Shown one piece after another: positions 11,728 through 23,664 of a DNA stretch of 64,000 bases. Within the stretch, counting starts at the first letter, position 1. Each line of letters begins with the position of its first letter. Source of the stretch: an uncultured delta proteobacterium (GTDB taxonomy: Bacteria; Desulfobacterota; Binatia; UBA9968); assembly GCA_963755715.1 (NCBI GenBank), contig CAVWLW010000057.1, positions 1 through 64,000 of the forward strand, read 5' to 3'. The translations under genes and the position numbers were made by a program. Under the pieces are notes generated by a model. It ran no database searches, was not told the DNA's origin, and saw nothing but the letters and a program-made list of their open reading frames with translations.

Positions 11728-12952
11728 TCAAGTCCTTTGCAGGGCGCTTATCCTCTCGGACATGTTCTGGCGAAACCGCGCTCTGATCGACTCATCAAAG
11801 ATTTCTCGGCTCACGGAATCAACTAAGCGGTCAATCTTTTCCCGAGGAAAACGATCCGAAGACGCGCCAAGAAGCTTTACATGCTCCGCTAGGACGATAT
11901 GAGCCATGGGACCCATGGCATCGACTAACGCCTCGCGAAGAGAAAGGAAAAATTTTTCCGGGACAACACCGCTCGCGGAAACGATATTCGAATGATCCGC
12001 AACCCGATTGGCCTGATTCCCTTTGACAAGCTGTACAGCCTGAAGCCTAGTTCCCTGGGGTTCCGGTAGAGCGCTGCGCTCAACCCGCGGTGTGCTATCT
12101 CGTCGAGGTACCGGTGGCCGAAAGGACACACCGGAGAGACACAAATCATCAGCTACTTCTTGGATGATTAACTGGCTCAATCTCTTTTTTATCAAGAGCA
12201 TAGGCGTTGATCATCGCGTTATCGCATATCACGTTAATAAGTCGTGGAATCCCGCCGGAATAATGATGAATTCTCTCGATCGCCCTAGGGGTAAAAAGAC
12301 CCGGCCCTCCGCCCGCGTGCCGAAGACGACTGACGATATATTCCTGACATTCGCTAAGTGAAAACGGCCGGAGATGATGACGCAGCGTTACCCGCTGTTT
12401 CAATTGCCGCAATTGCGGAGTATTCAAGCGTTCGTTCAGTTCCGGTTGTCCCACGAGCAAAATCTGTAAAAGCTTATCCTTAGTGGTTTCGAAATTTGAA
12501 AGGAGTCGAATACTCTCCAACACATCGGACGCTAAATTCTGCGCCTCATCGATGATAAGCGCGGCGTTCTCCCCTTCACGGTAGCGCTGGAGTAAAAACT
12601 CATTCAGCAAAAAAATATAATCGTGCGTGTCGTGGAGTTCTCCAAAAGGTTCAACGAGTTTGAACTCTTCACAAACATAACGAAGAAGATCCAGCGGACT
12701 TGCGATCGCGCTAAAGATCAATGCCGTTTGAGTGCCTTCGGCAAGCTGGCTGAGTAACGTTTGGATCAGCGTGGTTTTTCCGGTACCGACCTCTCCGGTC
12801 AATACGATAAATCCTCGGCGCGCGTTAATACCATACTGGAGCTGGGCCAATCCCTCCCTATGACTCGGGCTGAGGTAGAGAAAGCTCGGATCGGGAGTGA
12901 TATTAAACGGGACTTGGGCGAGCCCAAAATGCTGTTGATAGACGGGTTCCAT
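11728..12952 (-). CDS. ExeA/GspA-like AAA ATPase (XrtA-associated) with extra C-terminal domain; frameshift near 12190
   Basis: YQQHFGL..PF..TPDP, GEVGTGKT, LIIDEAQNL, LVGQPEL, SGGIPRLIN; continues in ORF 11728..12201. Confidence 0.88.
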
Positions 12953-12959
12953 GAGACGC

Positions 12960-14496
12960 TCAGAAGTAAATGGGTCCGAATATTCGAAGACAGATAATCC
13001 CGACAAGGAGAGCACCCAGAGAAGCCAGCACCAGCACACCTTGCGACCGTCTTTGTTCGATAACGCTACCGCGCGTCATCAAAGCGGGGATGGTCACGAG
13101 CAACGGCACATTGACGTAAGCGCTAATTTCATCGCTCCTCTTAAACGACGTATCGAGATTCTCCCACACAAAGGCTAAGCCGAAACCGCCCCCCAAGCCG
13201 ATTAAGAATCCCATCAGAATGATCATCGGTCGATTGGGACGAACAGGCTTGAGCGGCAAGTTAGCCGGATCGAGAATCTGGAACCGTTCACCCTTTTGTT
13301 TTTTTTCCATATTTTCCGACAATTCCGACTCAAGGCTCTTGGCCAGCAAGTCTTGATATTTTCGCAGCGTGATCTCATAGCCCCGACTAATTTTCGAAAG
13401 CTCTATGGCTCGAATCGGAGTGGCAGCGACCCGCGATTGTAGGCGTGCCAATCTGATTACGAATACGATCGCTCTGGGATCGGAGCGTCTGGATTTCGGC
13501 ATCGATATCAGCGATCTGGGTTTGCAAAACCTGTTTCAAGGGATTATCGCTCGATGCACTCGTCGAGGTCGTAGGCTTGTTGGAACTTACATCCCGGCCC
13601 TCAGCTTCTAGAGCGTCAATTTCCTTTTTGATCCGAACGACATCGGGATGCTTGCTGCTGTACCTTTGCAGCAAGGAGTCCAGTTCTTTTTTTCTCATTT
13701 GAACTTGTACACCCTGGGTTCCAGTCTCTGCTGGTCCTGTAAATGCGCCGCCTAAGAGATCCACTCCGAGTATGTCGGATTCGACGGTTTGTTTTTGGAG
13801 AATACCCTTGCGTTCCTGTAGAGCGGTCAGCCGTTGATTGCCGGCCTCCATCTCCCGTCGAAGCTGCTCGAGTGTTCGCAAGTTACTATCCTGCTGGTCG
13901 GGAAGTTCATAACGATTAGCGGCTTTGTACTGATTTACCACGACTTCCTGCTCTTCCAATTCCTTTCGCAATCGGTCCGCTTCCGCGGACATAAAGGCTT
14001 TGGTTCCCATGGCCTGCTGTTCCCTGACCTGCAGATTTTGCTCGATGAATAGCGATGCCAGACGGCCGGTAACCTGTTTCGCTTTTTCCGGATTGTCTGA
14101 TTCAAATGACAACTGAAAGACATTATTGCGGCGAAATTCCACTTTGATCGTTTTGCGGAGTCTTTCAATGCGGTCCTCTAACATTGATGACTTGTCAGAA
14201 GGATAAAGATCAAATTCTTGAACGATCTTTTCGAGTTGAGTTCGACTGAGAATTTCCTGGATGATCGCCTGCATGCGCTCTGCAAGATCTGTCGTGATGG
14301 TTGAGGTTACAAAAGAGGAGGGAACTCTTTGCGGGCTCACAAGTATGAGGCTGCTAGACTGATAGATATTGGGGAGAATGGTCGCCGTATATATAGCCAA
14401 TAAAAAACCACAACGGCATACACAGATAATGAGGCCCTTTCGTCTATAAAGGCTATTGAGTATTTGTGAAATATCAAAATCTGCCATGCCGTTCAT
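12960..14496 (-). CDS. polysaccharide chain-length determinant / co-polymerase (Wzc membrane half), frameshifted
   Basis: N-terminal TM, periplasmic coiled coils, YSSKHPDV, ERFQILDPANLP..P..PNR, second TM. Confidence 0.88.
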
Positions 14497-14544
14497 GAAA
14501 AAAGCCTCCCGGCTCTACTGTGTTCAATTTGTAAATTCGGCGGG

Positions 14545-15153
14545 CTAAGGAACTATGATTCTATCGCCAGGTCTCAACAATACGTCTTGTTTGAGATCTC
14601 CCTTAATGATGGCGTCATAATCCACAATGTACTCCGTCACCCTACTCCCGTCCCGTCGCACCACACGAATGTTGCTGCGGTCCGCGAAAACTCCGAGCCC
14701 GCCTGAGCGCGTGAGAAGTTGGAGCAAGGTCTCGTTGCCACTCAGAGGAAACGCACCTGGTTTTCCGACCTGCCCAACCAAAAAGACCTCACTTGAAGCA
14801 ATTCCTTCGACCCGAATCGTAACAAACGGATCTGTGGTAAATTCCTTGTACTTATCCTCTAATGCTTTTCTCAACTGCCCGGTCGTTTGGCCGCTGACTT
14901 GGACTTCGTTAATGAGCGGCAGTGTCACGTAACCATCGGGACGAACTTTAACGGTTCCCGAAAGCGTCGGTTCCTTCCAGACATTTATGTTAAGCGTGTC
15001 GCCTGCTCCGATTTGATAGAACTCCTCCGGAGGTTTAGCAGGATCCGGAGTATCGGCGGCGACCCGAAACTCCTGCACGCGCAGATCTTTGGTTGCGCAC
15101 CCCGAAACCAAAGCAACAATCACAATGAAAACCGTCAACAAACTGCTCCGCAT
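14545..15153 (-). CDS. wza: polysaccharide export lipoprotein (short OPX/Wza)
   Basis: lipobox VSGC, YQIGAGDTL, VRPDGYVTLPLI, SLBB domain, ends LRPGDRIIVP with no C-terminal helix. Confidence 0.88.
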   Translation of the reverse strand: MRSSLLTVFIVIVALVSGCATKDLRVQEFRVAADTPDPAKPPEEFYQIGAGDTLNINVWKEPTLSGTVKVRPDGYVTLPLINEVQVSGQTTGQLRKALEDKYKEFTTDPFVTIRVEGIASSEVFLVGQVGKPGAFPLSGNETLLQLLTRSGGLGVFADRSNIRVVRRDGSRVTEYIVDYDAIIKGDLKQDVLLRPGDRIIVP

Positions 15154-15233
15154 GGCCGCCCCCAGAAATTTCTTCATTAGTAATGTGAGTACACTCAAAA
15201 ACTGTCACAATTTTTTACAGACTTAGGCACTCA

Positions 15234-15249
15234 CGCAACTTCCGCACCA
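15234..15249 (-). promoter_or_regulatory. sigma54 -24/-12 promoter for the wza-wzc EPS operon
   Basis: minus strand TGGTGCGGAAGTTGCG (GG-N10-GC), about 80 nt upstream of wza. Confidence 0.7.
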
Positions 15250-15406
15250 TATACTTGTGGAGACCTAAACGACAAAAAGATCTGAGTTTAAGCCCCTTCA
15301 TTCGTTTTTGACGAGTTCGCAGTCGCAATGCAGCTGCGATTTTTTGCCCTAATAAAGTAATTGGGCGCCGGAATGGGCAATCTCGCCCGGCGGCGACAAT
15401 TTGTCC

Positions 15407-15423
15407 TGTAAACCAATTTTACG
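15407..15423. promoter_or_regulatory. putative sigma54 enhancer (PEP-CTERM-box-like) TGTAAA-N5-TTTACG
   Basis: palindromic 17-mer about 160 nt upstream of the sigma54 promoter; related copies at 15203, 19408 and 19530. Confidence 0.55.
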
Positions 15424-15432
15424 GTGAAAGAT

Positions 15433-16804
15433 CTAGAATGCAGTTAGGGAGAGGGTTGTGGAACGTTGTATTGGGAACGGCGTTGTCAAAACTGGCGATA
15501 AGGCGGAAGAAGATATGCTTCTGGCGAGGCCGGTGTTGGGCCAAAGATCAAAGCGGGTCGTTATGGATAAAAACACGCTATTCGACTTAACAACTCCCTT
15601 TTGTAGCAAATCCGTCGAATTCGCGCCGGACCCGCTATCGATCCAATTGAAGTTGTAGCTGAGCGCGGAGGAAAGCCAGGTCGTAAATAAGTATTGCAAC
15701 CCTAAACTAGCCTGAAATGTCTTGAAGTTGACGTCGTCGGTGTCAAAAAACGAGAAGTTCGCGCTGGAATAGGTCGAGAGCTTTTCGGTAAGACGCCAGT
15801 TAAAATTTGTGAATAAACTGGTGGTATCCGAGATTCCCGATACCCCGAGACTGGGAGTCAACCCTTTTCTCAAACCACCATTTAACTGCGCCGTCTCCCA
15901 AAGCTTGGTTATTGTTATGCTCGTATTGTTCGCTACTCGCGGCCCGCTATCGCCCGTGTTGAGCGATAACCCGGTGCTGGCAGCCAGAGAGAGGGTGGGC
16001 GTGAGTTGTATGTTATAATTTGTAAAATAATCATCGCCCAAGTCGAAATTGTGAATGACCCCGTTGTCGCCATTGCGCGAGTTATTGATCGAAATTGTGT
16101 AACCGGCATGGAGATTGTGCTCCTGCCTCCAGTTGTAAATTCCGCGAGCGCCAATCGAAGTAAATACGTCTGTGCCACCAGCGCTGCCGGTGAAACTCGT
16201 AAAGCTGTTTGCAACCCCGCCAGTGAAACTGATGTCCGGTCGATACAGATATGAGCCTTGCAATGAAACGTAGTTACTTGTCTGCGTACCTTGTGTAAGG
16301 CCGTTAAGATTTTGGGACAAGGACGGCGTTGCAACGCCGCCTACTGGCGGAGGCGAGGTCGGCCCGGTTCAGAAACTGGCCAACTCCACCTAAGCTTGAG
16401 GTGCGGGTACTCCCTAGGCGTTGGAATGAATCGGATAAATTAAAATTCAGCCGTGGGGAATATTGGTAGGTATATCCGGCGTTTGCCGATACGTTATCAA
16501 AGTTATTCAAATCACTATGACGCGCAAAGAGCTGATAACTGGGGCTGATATTGGCGGTCAGAGTTGGAGCAACCTGACCTTCCGGCGCATAAAGCAAGGT
16601 CAGGGTTGGGACGAAAAACGTAATGAAATCATGTTCCCTACTTTTCGAAAAAAAAATATTGTCGTTATACTCTTCCCCCGTTGTCAAAGAAAATTGGGTT
16701 GCAAAAGCAGCCCAAGACTCGGCGGGAATCAGCAGGCAGAGAACAAGCCCTGCAACAATACTCCACTCAACCCAGATCCTTGAATGATTCCTTGTGCAGC
16801 CCAT
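15433..16804 (-). CDS. outer-membrane beta-barrel protein of the EPS export system (frameshift near 16330; start uncertain)
   Basis: signal peptide (AESWA), GEEYNDNIF motif, alternating amphipathic beta strands rich in S/T/N/Y/F; located directly upstream of wza. Confidence 0.75.
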
Positions 16805-18152
16805 GCCTCCTCATCTTTCTGTAGAGCGTCTTGTTGTCGACCTTCGCCTCGATTGCAGTCAAGGAAATGGCACCTTTGTATTTGATTAACAGACTTCTGA
16901 GATATTCCTTTTCACTGCGCAGCAACCATTGCTTGAGTGAAAGATCGCCGTCGCCGTTGCCGATGTAGGAACGATCCGGCACCCTTTGAGGCGGCGCCGG
17001 GAGATCAACATCCTCAATAATTTCGCCTTGGCATTTGACGATAGCCCGCTCAAGGATATTCTCAAGCTCTCGAATATTCCCCGGCCAACGATAGGCGAGC
17101 ATATGATCGAGAACTTGAGGGCCCACGTAGCGGATCTTTTTCTCCTGCGCCACTGGATGTTTGCCGAGGATGTGGTTGATCAGCACGGGAAGATCTTCCA
17201 GCCGATCCCGTAATGGCGGCAGTTGCAGCGGAATCACATTGATTCGATAGTAAAAATCTTCACGCAGCGTTCCGCGCGCCAAGCAGATTTTCAAATCCAC
17301 GTTGGTCGCCGCCACCACCCGCATATCGACTTTTACCTTGCGGTTGCCGCCCAGCCGCTCAACCTCTCTCTCTTGCAACACGCGCAAAAGCTTGACTTGC
17401 ATCGGCGGCGCCATGGTCTCAATTTCGTCGAGAAAAAGGGTCCCACCATCGGCGATTTCGATTTTGCCCGCTCGGCTTTGTACCGCGCCCGTAAAAGCTC
17501 CCTTTTCGTAACCGAACAACTCGCTTTCCAGGAGGGTGTCAGGAAAAGCACCGCAATTGATCGCGACGAATTGCTTTGCTTTACGCCGGCTCAAATTATG
17601 GATGGCACGAGCGACCAATTCTTTTCCGGTTCCAGTTTCGCCCGTGATCATCACTCCCGAATCCGTCTCGGCCAGAGATCGAATCAGATCGAACACCTTA
17701 AGCATTTTGGGACTCTTGCTGAGGATGTTTTCGAGATGATGTTCCTCCTCATGAACCTTTTGGCGAAGCTCTCGAACTTCATCGAGTAAACGTCGCTTCT
17801 CGATCAGTTTTTCACTTACTAGTCGAATGGCCTCGGGCTGGAACGGCTTAGTGATATAATCGCTCGCTCCGAGCTTCATGGCTTCGACCGCTTGTTTAAT
17901 ATTTCCAAACGCAGTGACCAGGATAACATCGGTATCCGGGCACTTTTCACGCACGTGGCGAGCCAATTGAAATCCGTCCATGCCCGGCATTTTAACGTCG
18001 GACACAACGATTGCAAATTTTTCCTCGGACAGTATCTTCACGCCCTCTTCACCGCATGACGCAGTGGTGACCCGAAAACCCTCCTGCTCATAGAACTGCC
18101 CGAGTTGCTCTCTCAACCGATCATGGTCTTCAACGATTAGGACGTTATACAT
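16767..18152 (-). CDS. NtrC/AtoC-family sigma54-dependent response regulator
   Basis: receiver (VEDHD, SDVKMP, KPF), GETGTGKE, ESELFG, GAFTGA, FLDEI, WPGNIRELEN, Fis-type HTH. Confidence 0.95.
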   Translation of the reverse strand: MYNVLIVEDHDRLREQLGQFYEQEGFRVTTASCGEEGVKILSEEKFAIVVSDVKMPGMDGFQLARHVREKCPDTDVILVTAFGNIKQAVEAMKLGASDYITKPFQPEAIRLVSEKLIEKRRLLDEVRELRQKVHEEEHHLENILSKSPKMLKVFDLIRSLAETDSGVMITGETGTGKELVARAIHNLSRRKAKQFVAINCGAFPDTLLESELFGYEKGAFTGAVQSRAGKIEIADGGTLFLDEIETMAPPMQVKLLRVLQEREVERLGGNRKVKVDMRVVAATNVDLKICLARGTLREDFYYRINVIPLQLPPLRDRLEDLPVLINHILGKHPVAQEKKIRYVGPQVLDHMLAYRWPGNIRELENILERAIVKCQGEIIEDVDLPAPPQRVPDRSYIGNGDGDLSLKQWLLRSEKEYLRSLLIKYKGAISLTAIEAKVDNKTLYRKMRRHGLHKESFKDLG

Positions 18153-18180
18153 AGAGATAGCGCTGGAATTGCCGTCGCTC

Positions 18181-19324
18181 TTATCGCTCGGAGCGCGCAA
18201 GGGCGTCGGTGAGCGGGAGCAGAATTTCCACCTGGCTTCCGATTTCCTCTTGGCTGGAAATACTCAAGAGCCCGCCGTGAATCTCGACGATGCGCATTGC
18301 CATGCTCAGTCCGATACCATTTCTTTCGGGTTTGGAGGTGAAAAAAGGTAACGGAGCCTTGGCCAATAGTTCTTTTTCCATGCCGCTTCCAGTATCGCCA
18401 ATACAAATCTTGGCAATCGCCGGCGAGGTTCTCGTTGATGCTTCCCGGCTCGCGGCCAGTATGACTTGATCGGCACTTTTTGTCGCATCCAAGGCGTTCT
18501 GGATGACTTCGATCAACGCAAGCTCCAACAGAAATGGATCCGCAGAAAGGACTGCCCCATAGAGCGATTCGTGGCCGAGCAACTTATAGGAAACGTTCTT
18601 TTCACTAAAGAGCGGAGCCGTAGATTGGAACACCGAACGAATGACATCGCCAAGATCGACCGCCGCCAAATAAACCGGCGTCTGGCTGTAATGTGAAAAC
18701 GAACGGGTGAACTCGACGGCTCGGTCGACCGTATCTTGCAAACCTGCTATTTCATCGACGGACGCTCCACTTCGCTTTAGCGAACCGATCAAAAGATTAA
18801 TCAACTGAAAATGATTGCCAATCTTATGAATGAAGTGCGAAATAACGGCGCAATCGAGAGACTTTGCCCGAGCTCTCCCTCGGTATAGGCGTGATGCAAC
18901 CACGTATACAAGCGTCGTTATTTTTTCCGATCTTTTGAAATCGATGGGACACCCATACCGGTAAACCTTGATCATCGAGGAGTCTATGATTTTCCGACAC
19001 TATTTCCGATGATTGAAGTTGTTCGAGGCGCCCCAGAAGCCGCATACGATCCTCATGGTATAGTCTCTCGCCCCAAAGTGCACGTGTTCCTTGCAAAGCG
19101 TCCAGCTGAATACCGATCAAATCGAAGACATTTTGCGAAATTACCCGGATGGTCAAATCTGCAGCCGACTCATAGACGACGCACGGCAAAGAGGTTAGGA
19201 ACTCGACAAGCTTAGGCTCGGTGTTGAAGGGAGACGACGGCATGAGGCGCTTCGCGCGGCTAGCCGCCGTTGAGATGTCCGAATCAACATCGTCATCAGG
19301 GACACGAGTTAGAATGCCGGGCAA
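18181..19324 (-). CDS. cytoplasmic PAS-domain sensor histidine kinase (frameshift near 18880)
   Basis: PAS-like N-terminus (ORF 18824..19324), H-box FIHKIGN, N-box QNALDA, DTGSGM, PFFTSK, GIGLS; RBS GAGGAGG. Confidence 0.8.
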
Positions 19325-19407
19325 TACAACCTCCTCTGAGCCTCAACTGAATTCGGGACAAACTATCTGGCATTTTTGCCATAACCTCCAAAATTTTTCA
19401 AGAATTT

Positions 19408-19546
19408 TGTTACTAGTTTTTACACATTTTAGCGAGCAAGGTGTCTAAATATAGTTAAGGTAAGTGATTAACTTGACTTGGTTTCCACTTGAACGCTTCC
19501 AATAAGCTTCCTGAGCTGCCAACTGTTCTTGTAAATTCTCTTTACA
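19408..19546. promoter_or_regulatory. two TGT-N8-TTTACA enhancer-like boxes (19408-19424, 19530-19546)
   Basis: TGTTAC-TAGTT-TTTACA and perfect TGTAAA-TTCTC-TTTACA in the AT-rich divergent intergenic region. Confidence 0.55.
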
Positions 19547-20053
19547 CTGACTTATCTATCTGCATTCACCAAGCTCCCACTGCCTTCATCGCACTTCCAC
19601 GCAATGGCACTTCCAAGAACGGAAATTCTCTGATACATAAAAGACGTGGCAGCGAAACGTCGAAAGAATGGCTCATTCACCAGTCAAGGCAACCAACCGC
19701 AGAAAATAGCAAGCTTCGCATTAACAACGGCGTTCGTAATTATGAAATTTGGATCGGGCACAACTGACTCAGCCGAATTGTCTCCTTGCGAGTTGGAATC
19801 CACGTTTAAATCGAAGTGAGGAGTTTTGTTAAATCGATTTTCGGTTCTGCCGAAGCCAGGAATGGTCACCCCGAATCACACTATTGCCCAAAGCGCTATG
19901 CCAAGACGTTTGAGAATTGTTTGTTTTTTTCATCTGTTAGAGTCGGTTAATGATATGGGTTTCAACCCTCACGGACATGCCGTCGCCGGAAAAAGCGGCA
20001 AGCGGGAACCATAATCGGCAAAGAGTTGACAAAGTAGTGCAGCTGAATTTGTT

Positions 20054-20069
20054 TGGCATATGCCTTGCT
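20054..20069 (+). promoter_or_regulatory. sigma54 -24/-12 promoter of prsK-prsR
   Basis: TGGCATATGCCTTGCT (GG-N10-GC), 48 nt before the ATG at 20118. Confidence 0.8.
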
Positions 20070-20117
20070 CATCATGGTAAGGATTTTCCTCTTTCCAAGT
20101 CATGACTAGCTAAACTA

Positions 20118-22232
20118 ATGGACGCTATCTTCAGCTTCAACACGCTGCTCATTGTGAACTTAAGCCTCTTGGGCGCGTTGTTCCTCTATTTGTTGACCAA
20201 GATTAAAGCTCATCCAAGCGTCGGTTATCTGGTTGCTAGCCTCACGCCTTTGATTGGGTTTCAGCTCGGCTGCTATCTTTTTACTAATCGGCCGACCTCG
20301 CCGGAGGGCGCGACGCTGATCGTGCTAGGCGTTGCCCTCATCCCGATTGCAATCACGCCCGTGAGCCATACGCTGGGGCGCGCGGCGCACAACGCTCGAT
20401 CGATTGGCTGGACTGCGTACTATGGCCTGCAGATCGTCTTGCTCATTCTCGTGCTCCGCGGAGTTTTCGCCGGGGGAATCATTGAATGGGTGACGGGAAT
20501 TCTCGACCAGCCGATCATCATCATCGGCGAAACCTGGCGCTATGTTTTCATCAACGTGGTTGGCGCGAGTGTTCTTGCCTTGTTTTGTTTTGATAGAACG
20601 CTTCGCGACGCGAGCAAAGCACAGCGAAAGGAACTCAAGTTCGTTTTGATCGCCTTTCTCGGCTTCGCGGTCTATTTCAGTTACTTATCGATCTCGGTTC
20701 TGTTTTCATCTTATATCTCACAGTCGATGCTGCAGTTAGGATCGCTCGTTGTCTTTATCGGATTGGTTCTGCTCGTGTATGGATTTCGCAAAGTATCCTT
20801 CCTGGGAAGTAAAAATACACGTTTCCAGGCGCCTCGTTTTTGGTTGCCTGTCGGGCACCGCAGCTCTGATCTATCTCATCATTTCAGGAAGCATCCTCGA
20901 CATCTTACGGTTGATGCAACCTCTCGGTTTCAATGTCTTGGTGCCTGCGGCAACTATTACTCTCGGTTCTTTTTTTCTATTATTTTACCTGTCGCCGAAT
21001 TTTCACAGCAGCATCAGAGGCTTCATCACGAGAAATTTCTTTCGTAACAAATATGACTACAGAGACCTTTGGATGAAATTTTCGGACAAATCCAGCGGCT
21101 CACTCAATATCCGAGATCTTTTGCCGAAGGTCGGAGATTTTGTCGCCGAAGGGATGTTCGTCCGACAAGTGGCCTTTTGGCTTCCGGCACCGACATCGGA
21201 AACGTTTCATCTCGCTTATTGTCATGATTCTTTTTATGCCAAGAAGGTCGGCTCTGCATCTTTGCATCTCGATCGCTCGCGCACCAAAGATACGAATGGG
21301 AGCATTTTTCGTGTTCCCGCAGACGATCTCGAAGCGCTCGCAAGTGGCTTCCCGATCGACGGTGTGAGGACTCTTCAAAGAACTGGGGATTCACCGCTTA
21401 GTGCTCGTTGAGAAGGGAAATCAAGTGCTGGCGTTGATCGGCATCGGCGCCCCGCCGCATGAGCAAGAGTCATCAAGCGAGGACAATCAGTTTTTATCCA
21501 GTGTCAGCACTCAGCTGAGTCATTTGATCTTAACGCACAAATTGTCGGAAGAACTCTTGCTGGCGAGAGAATGGGATTCTTTCAACCGGTTCGCCTCGTT
21601 TATCCTGCATGATTTGAAAAATCTCGCGACACTTCAGGGCATGACGCTGGAAAACGCCAAACATCTGCGCCACAATCCGAATTTTATTTCCGATGCTTTT
21701 GAAACTTTCAGCCAGACGACGGAAAAAATGATAAATCTAATCGCCAGCCTGTCGGTCCAAAGAGGGCAATTCTCCTTGAAGCAGCAACCGGTCAACATTC
21801 TTGAGGTGATCGCTCACACCTTCGATGATCTCAAACTCGATCAGAGAAACGGTCGTAAGGATTTCGACTGCTTTTCCGCCGAAAGATCAACTGTCGACGA
21901 TCTCCGGCGACCCCGACCTTCTTCAGAAGGCTTTCACCAATTTGCTCCTCAACGCAATTCAAAGCCTGCCGAAAGGTGAAGGCGCGGTAGAGGTCTCGGT
22001 TTCGCAGCAGAATCGCGGCAAGATCACCGCTTCCATCCGCGACAGCGGATGCGGCATTCCTCCCGAACAACTGGAAAAACTATTTCGCCCCTTTCAAACA
22101 ACCAAGGAAAAGGGCCTGGGAATCGGTCTCTGCCATACGCGCTCCATCATCGAAGTCCACGGTGGACAAATCCGCATCGAAAGTCAGGTCAATTCCGGCA
22201 CCAAAGTAGAAGTTGAATTGCCGACGCTGTAG
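20118..22232 (+). CDS. prsK: PEP-CTERM system histidine kinase PrsK (frameshifted into 4 ORFs)
   Basis: multi-TM N-terminus, hallmark FFRNKYDYRDLW, GAF, FNRFASFILHDLKN H-box, NAIQ, DSGCGI, FQTTK, GLGIGL. Confidence 0.88.
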
Positions 22233-22258
22233 TCGAATAAAGAAAGGAAACCAAAATT

Positions 22259-23663
22259 GTGAATCCAAAAATTCTTCTCGTCGACGACGAGGAAAATATT
22301 CTCAAGCAGATGCGCTGGGCCTTGGAACCGGATTATCAGGTCCTGACGAGCTCGATCGAAGGCGAGGCCCTGAGCTTATTTGAAACAGAAAAGCCTGCCG
22401 TCGTCACGCTAGACCTGTCGTTGAATCCGCATAACCCGGCGGACCTCGGCGGCATGCGCTTGCTCGAACAAATACTTTCCCAGGAGCCGTCGACCCGCGC
22501 GATCGTCGTCACCGGCAACGACGATGAACAAAATGCTCTGCGCGCAGTCCGACTGGGCGCCTTCGATTATTACGCCAAACCCGATTCGGCTCGAAGAGCT
22601 GAAAGTCATGATCAAGCGCGCCCATCGAATTCATGAGTTACACCAGCGCGTCCACCAAGACACGCAAAGCTTTGGCGACGGATTTCACGGCATGATCGGC
22701 ATATCGAAGAGCATAAAAACCATCTTCCGTTTCATCGAGCGCGTGGCCGTGTCGGATATTTCCGTTTTGATCTGCGGTGAAAGCGGCACCGGCAAGGAAG
22801 TCGTTGCTCATGCGATCCATCTGCAGAGTCAGCGAAAAAACAATCCCTTTGTCGTAGTAAATTGCGGCGCGATTCCCGAGAATCTATTGGAAAGTGAATT
22901 ATTCGGTCATGAAAAAGGCGCCTTCACCGGGGCACACGCGCAAAAGCGCGGTAAATTCGAGCTCGCGCACACCGGCACGTTGTTTCTCGACGAAATCGGC
23001 GAACTGGCGGCGCCGCTGCAAGTGAAGCTTCTGCGTTTCCTGCAAGACCGAAAGATCGAACGAGTCGGCGGAACCCAACCCATGGAAGTCGACGTGCGGA
23101 TTATTGCCGCGACCAATCGCGACTTGAAAAAAGACATGGAAAACCATTTGTTCCGCGAAGATCTTTATTATCGATTGAAAGTCGTGCCCCTCGAGATGCC
23201 GCCCCTTCGCGAGCGCAAGGAAGATATCATTCCCCTGGCGCAGCACTTTCTCAAGAAGTTCTGTAAAGACCACCGCAAGCCGCCGGTCACGCTTTCACCG
23301 GAAGGGGAAGGCGCGCTGCTAATGCATCCATGGCCGGGAAACGTCCGCGAGCTGGAGAATTTGATCAGCCGCGCGGTGGTTCTCAGTTCTCGTTCCGTTC
23401 TCAAGCCAAGCGATTTAGGCTTCGCTTTCGATCAAATTCCGACCGACGTCAATTTAAAGTTTGCCAAAAAAGCCATCGAGATGGATTTCGTCAAGAAAGC
23501 GCTGTATCGAAACGGCGGTATCGTCAGCCGGGCGGCGCGCGAGCTCGGCATCAGTCGCGTCAATCTCTACGAGCTCATCGAGAAGTACAACATTCGGATC
23601 CAGGAATTTAAAGCGCTGCGAGCCGGGAACAAATTCCCTATGAAAACACGGGAGGTCTCGTAA
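22259..23663 (+). CDS. prsR: PEP-CTERM-box sigma54 response regulator PrsR (frameshift near 22580)
   Basis: KQMRWAL, VVTLDLSL, GAFDYYAKP receiver; GESGTGKE, GAFTGA, WPGNVRELEN, HTH; directly follows prsK. Confidence 0.88.
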
Positions 23664-23664
23664 G

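Noticed and set aside
19324-20118. Riboswitch, sRNA or small genes in the 800-nt intergenic region
   Set aside because: No recognisable riboswitch or tRNA consensus by eye; the short ORFs lack RBS or motifs; an Rfam scan would be needed
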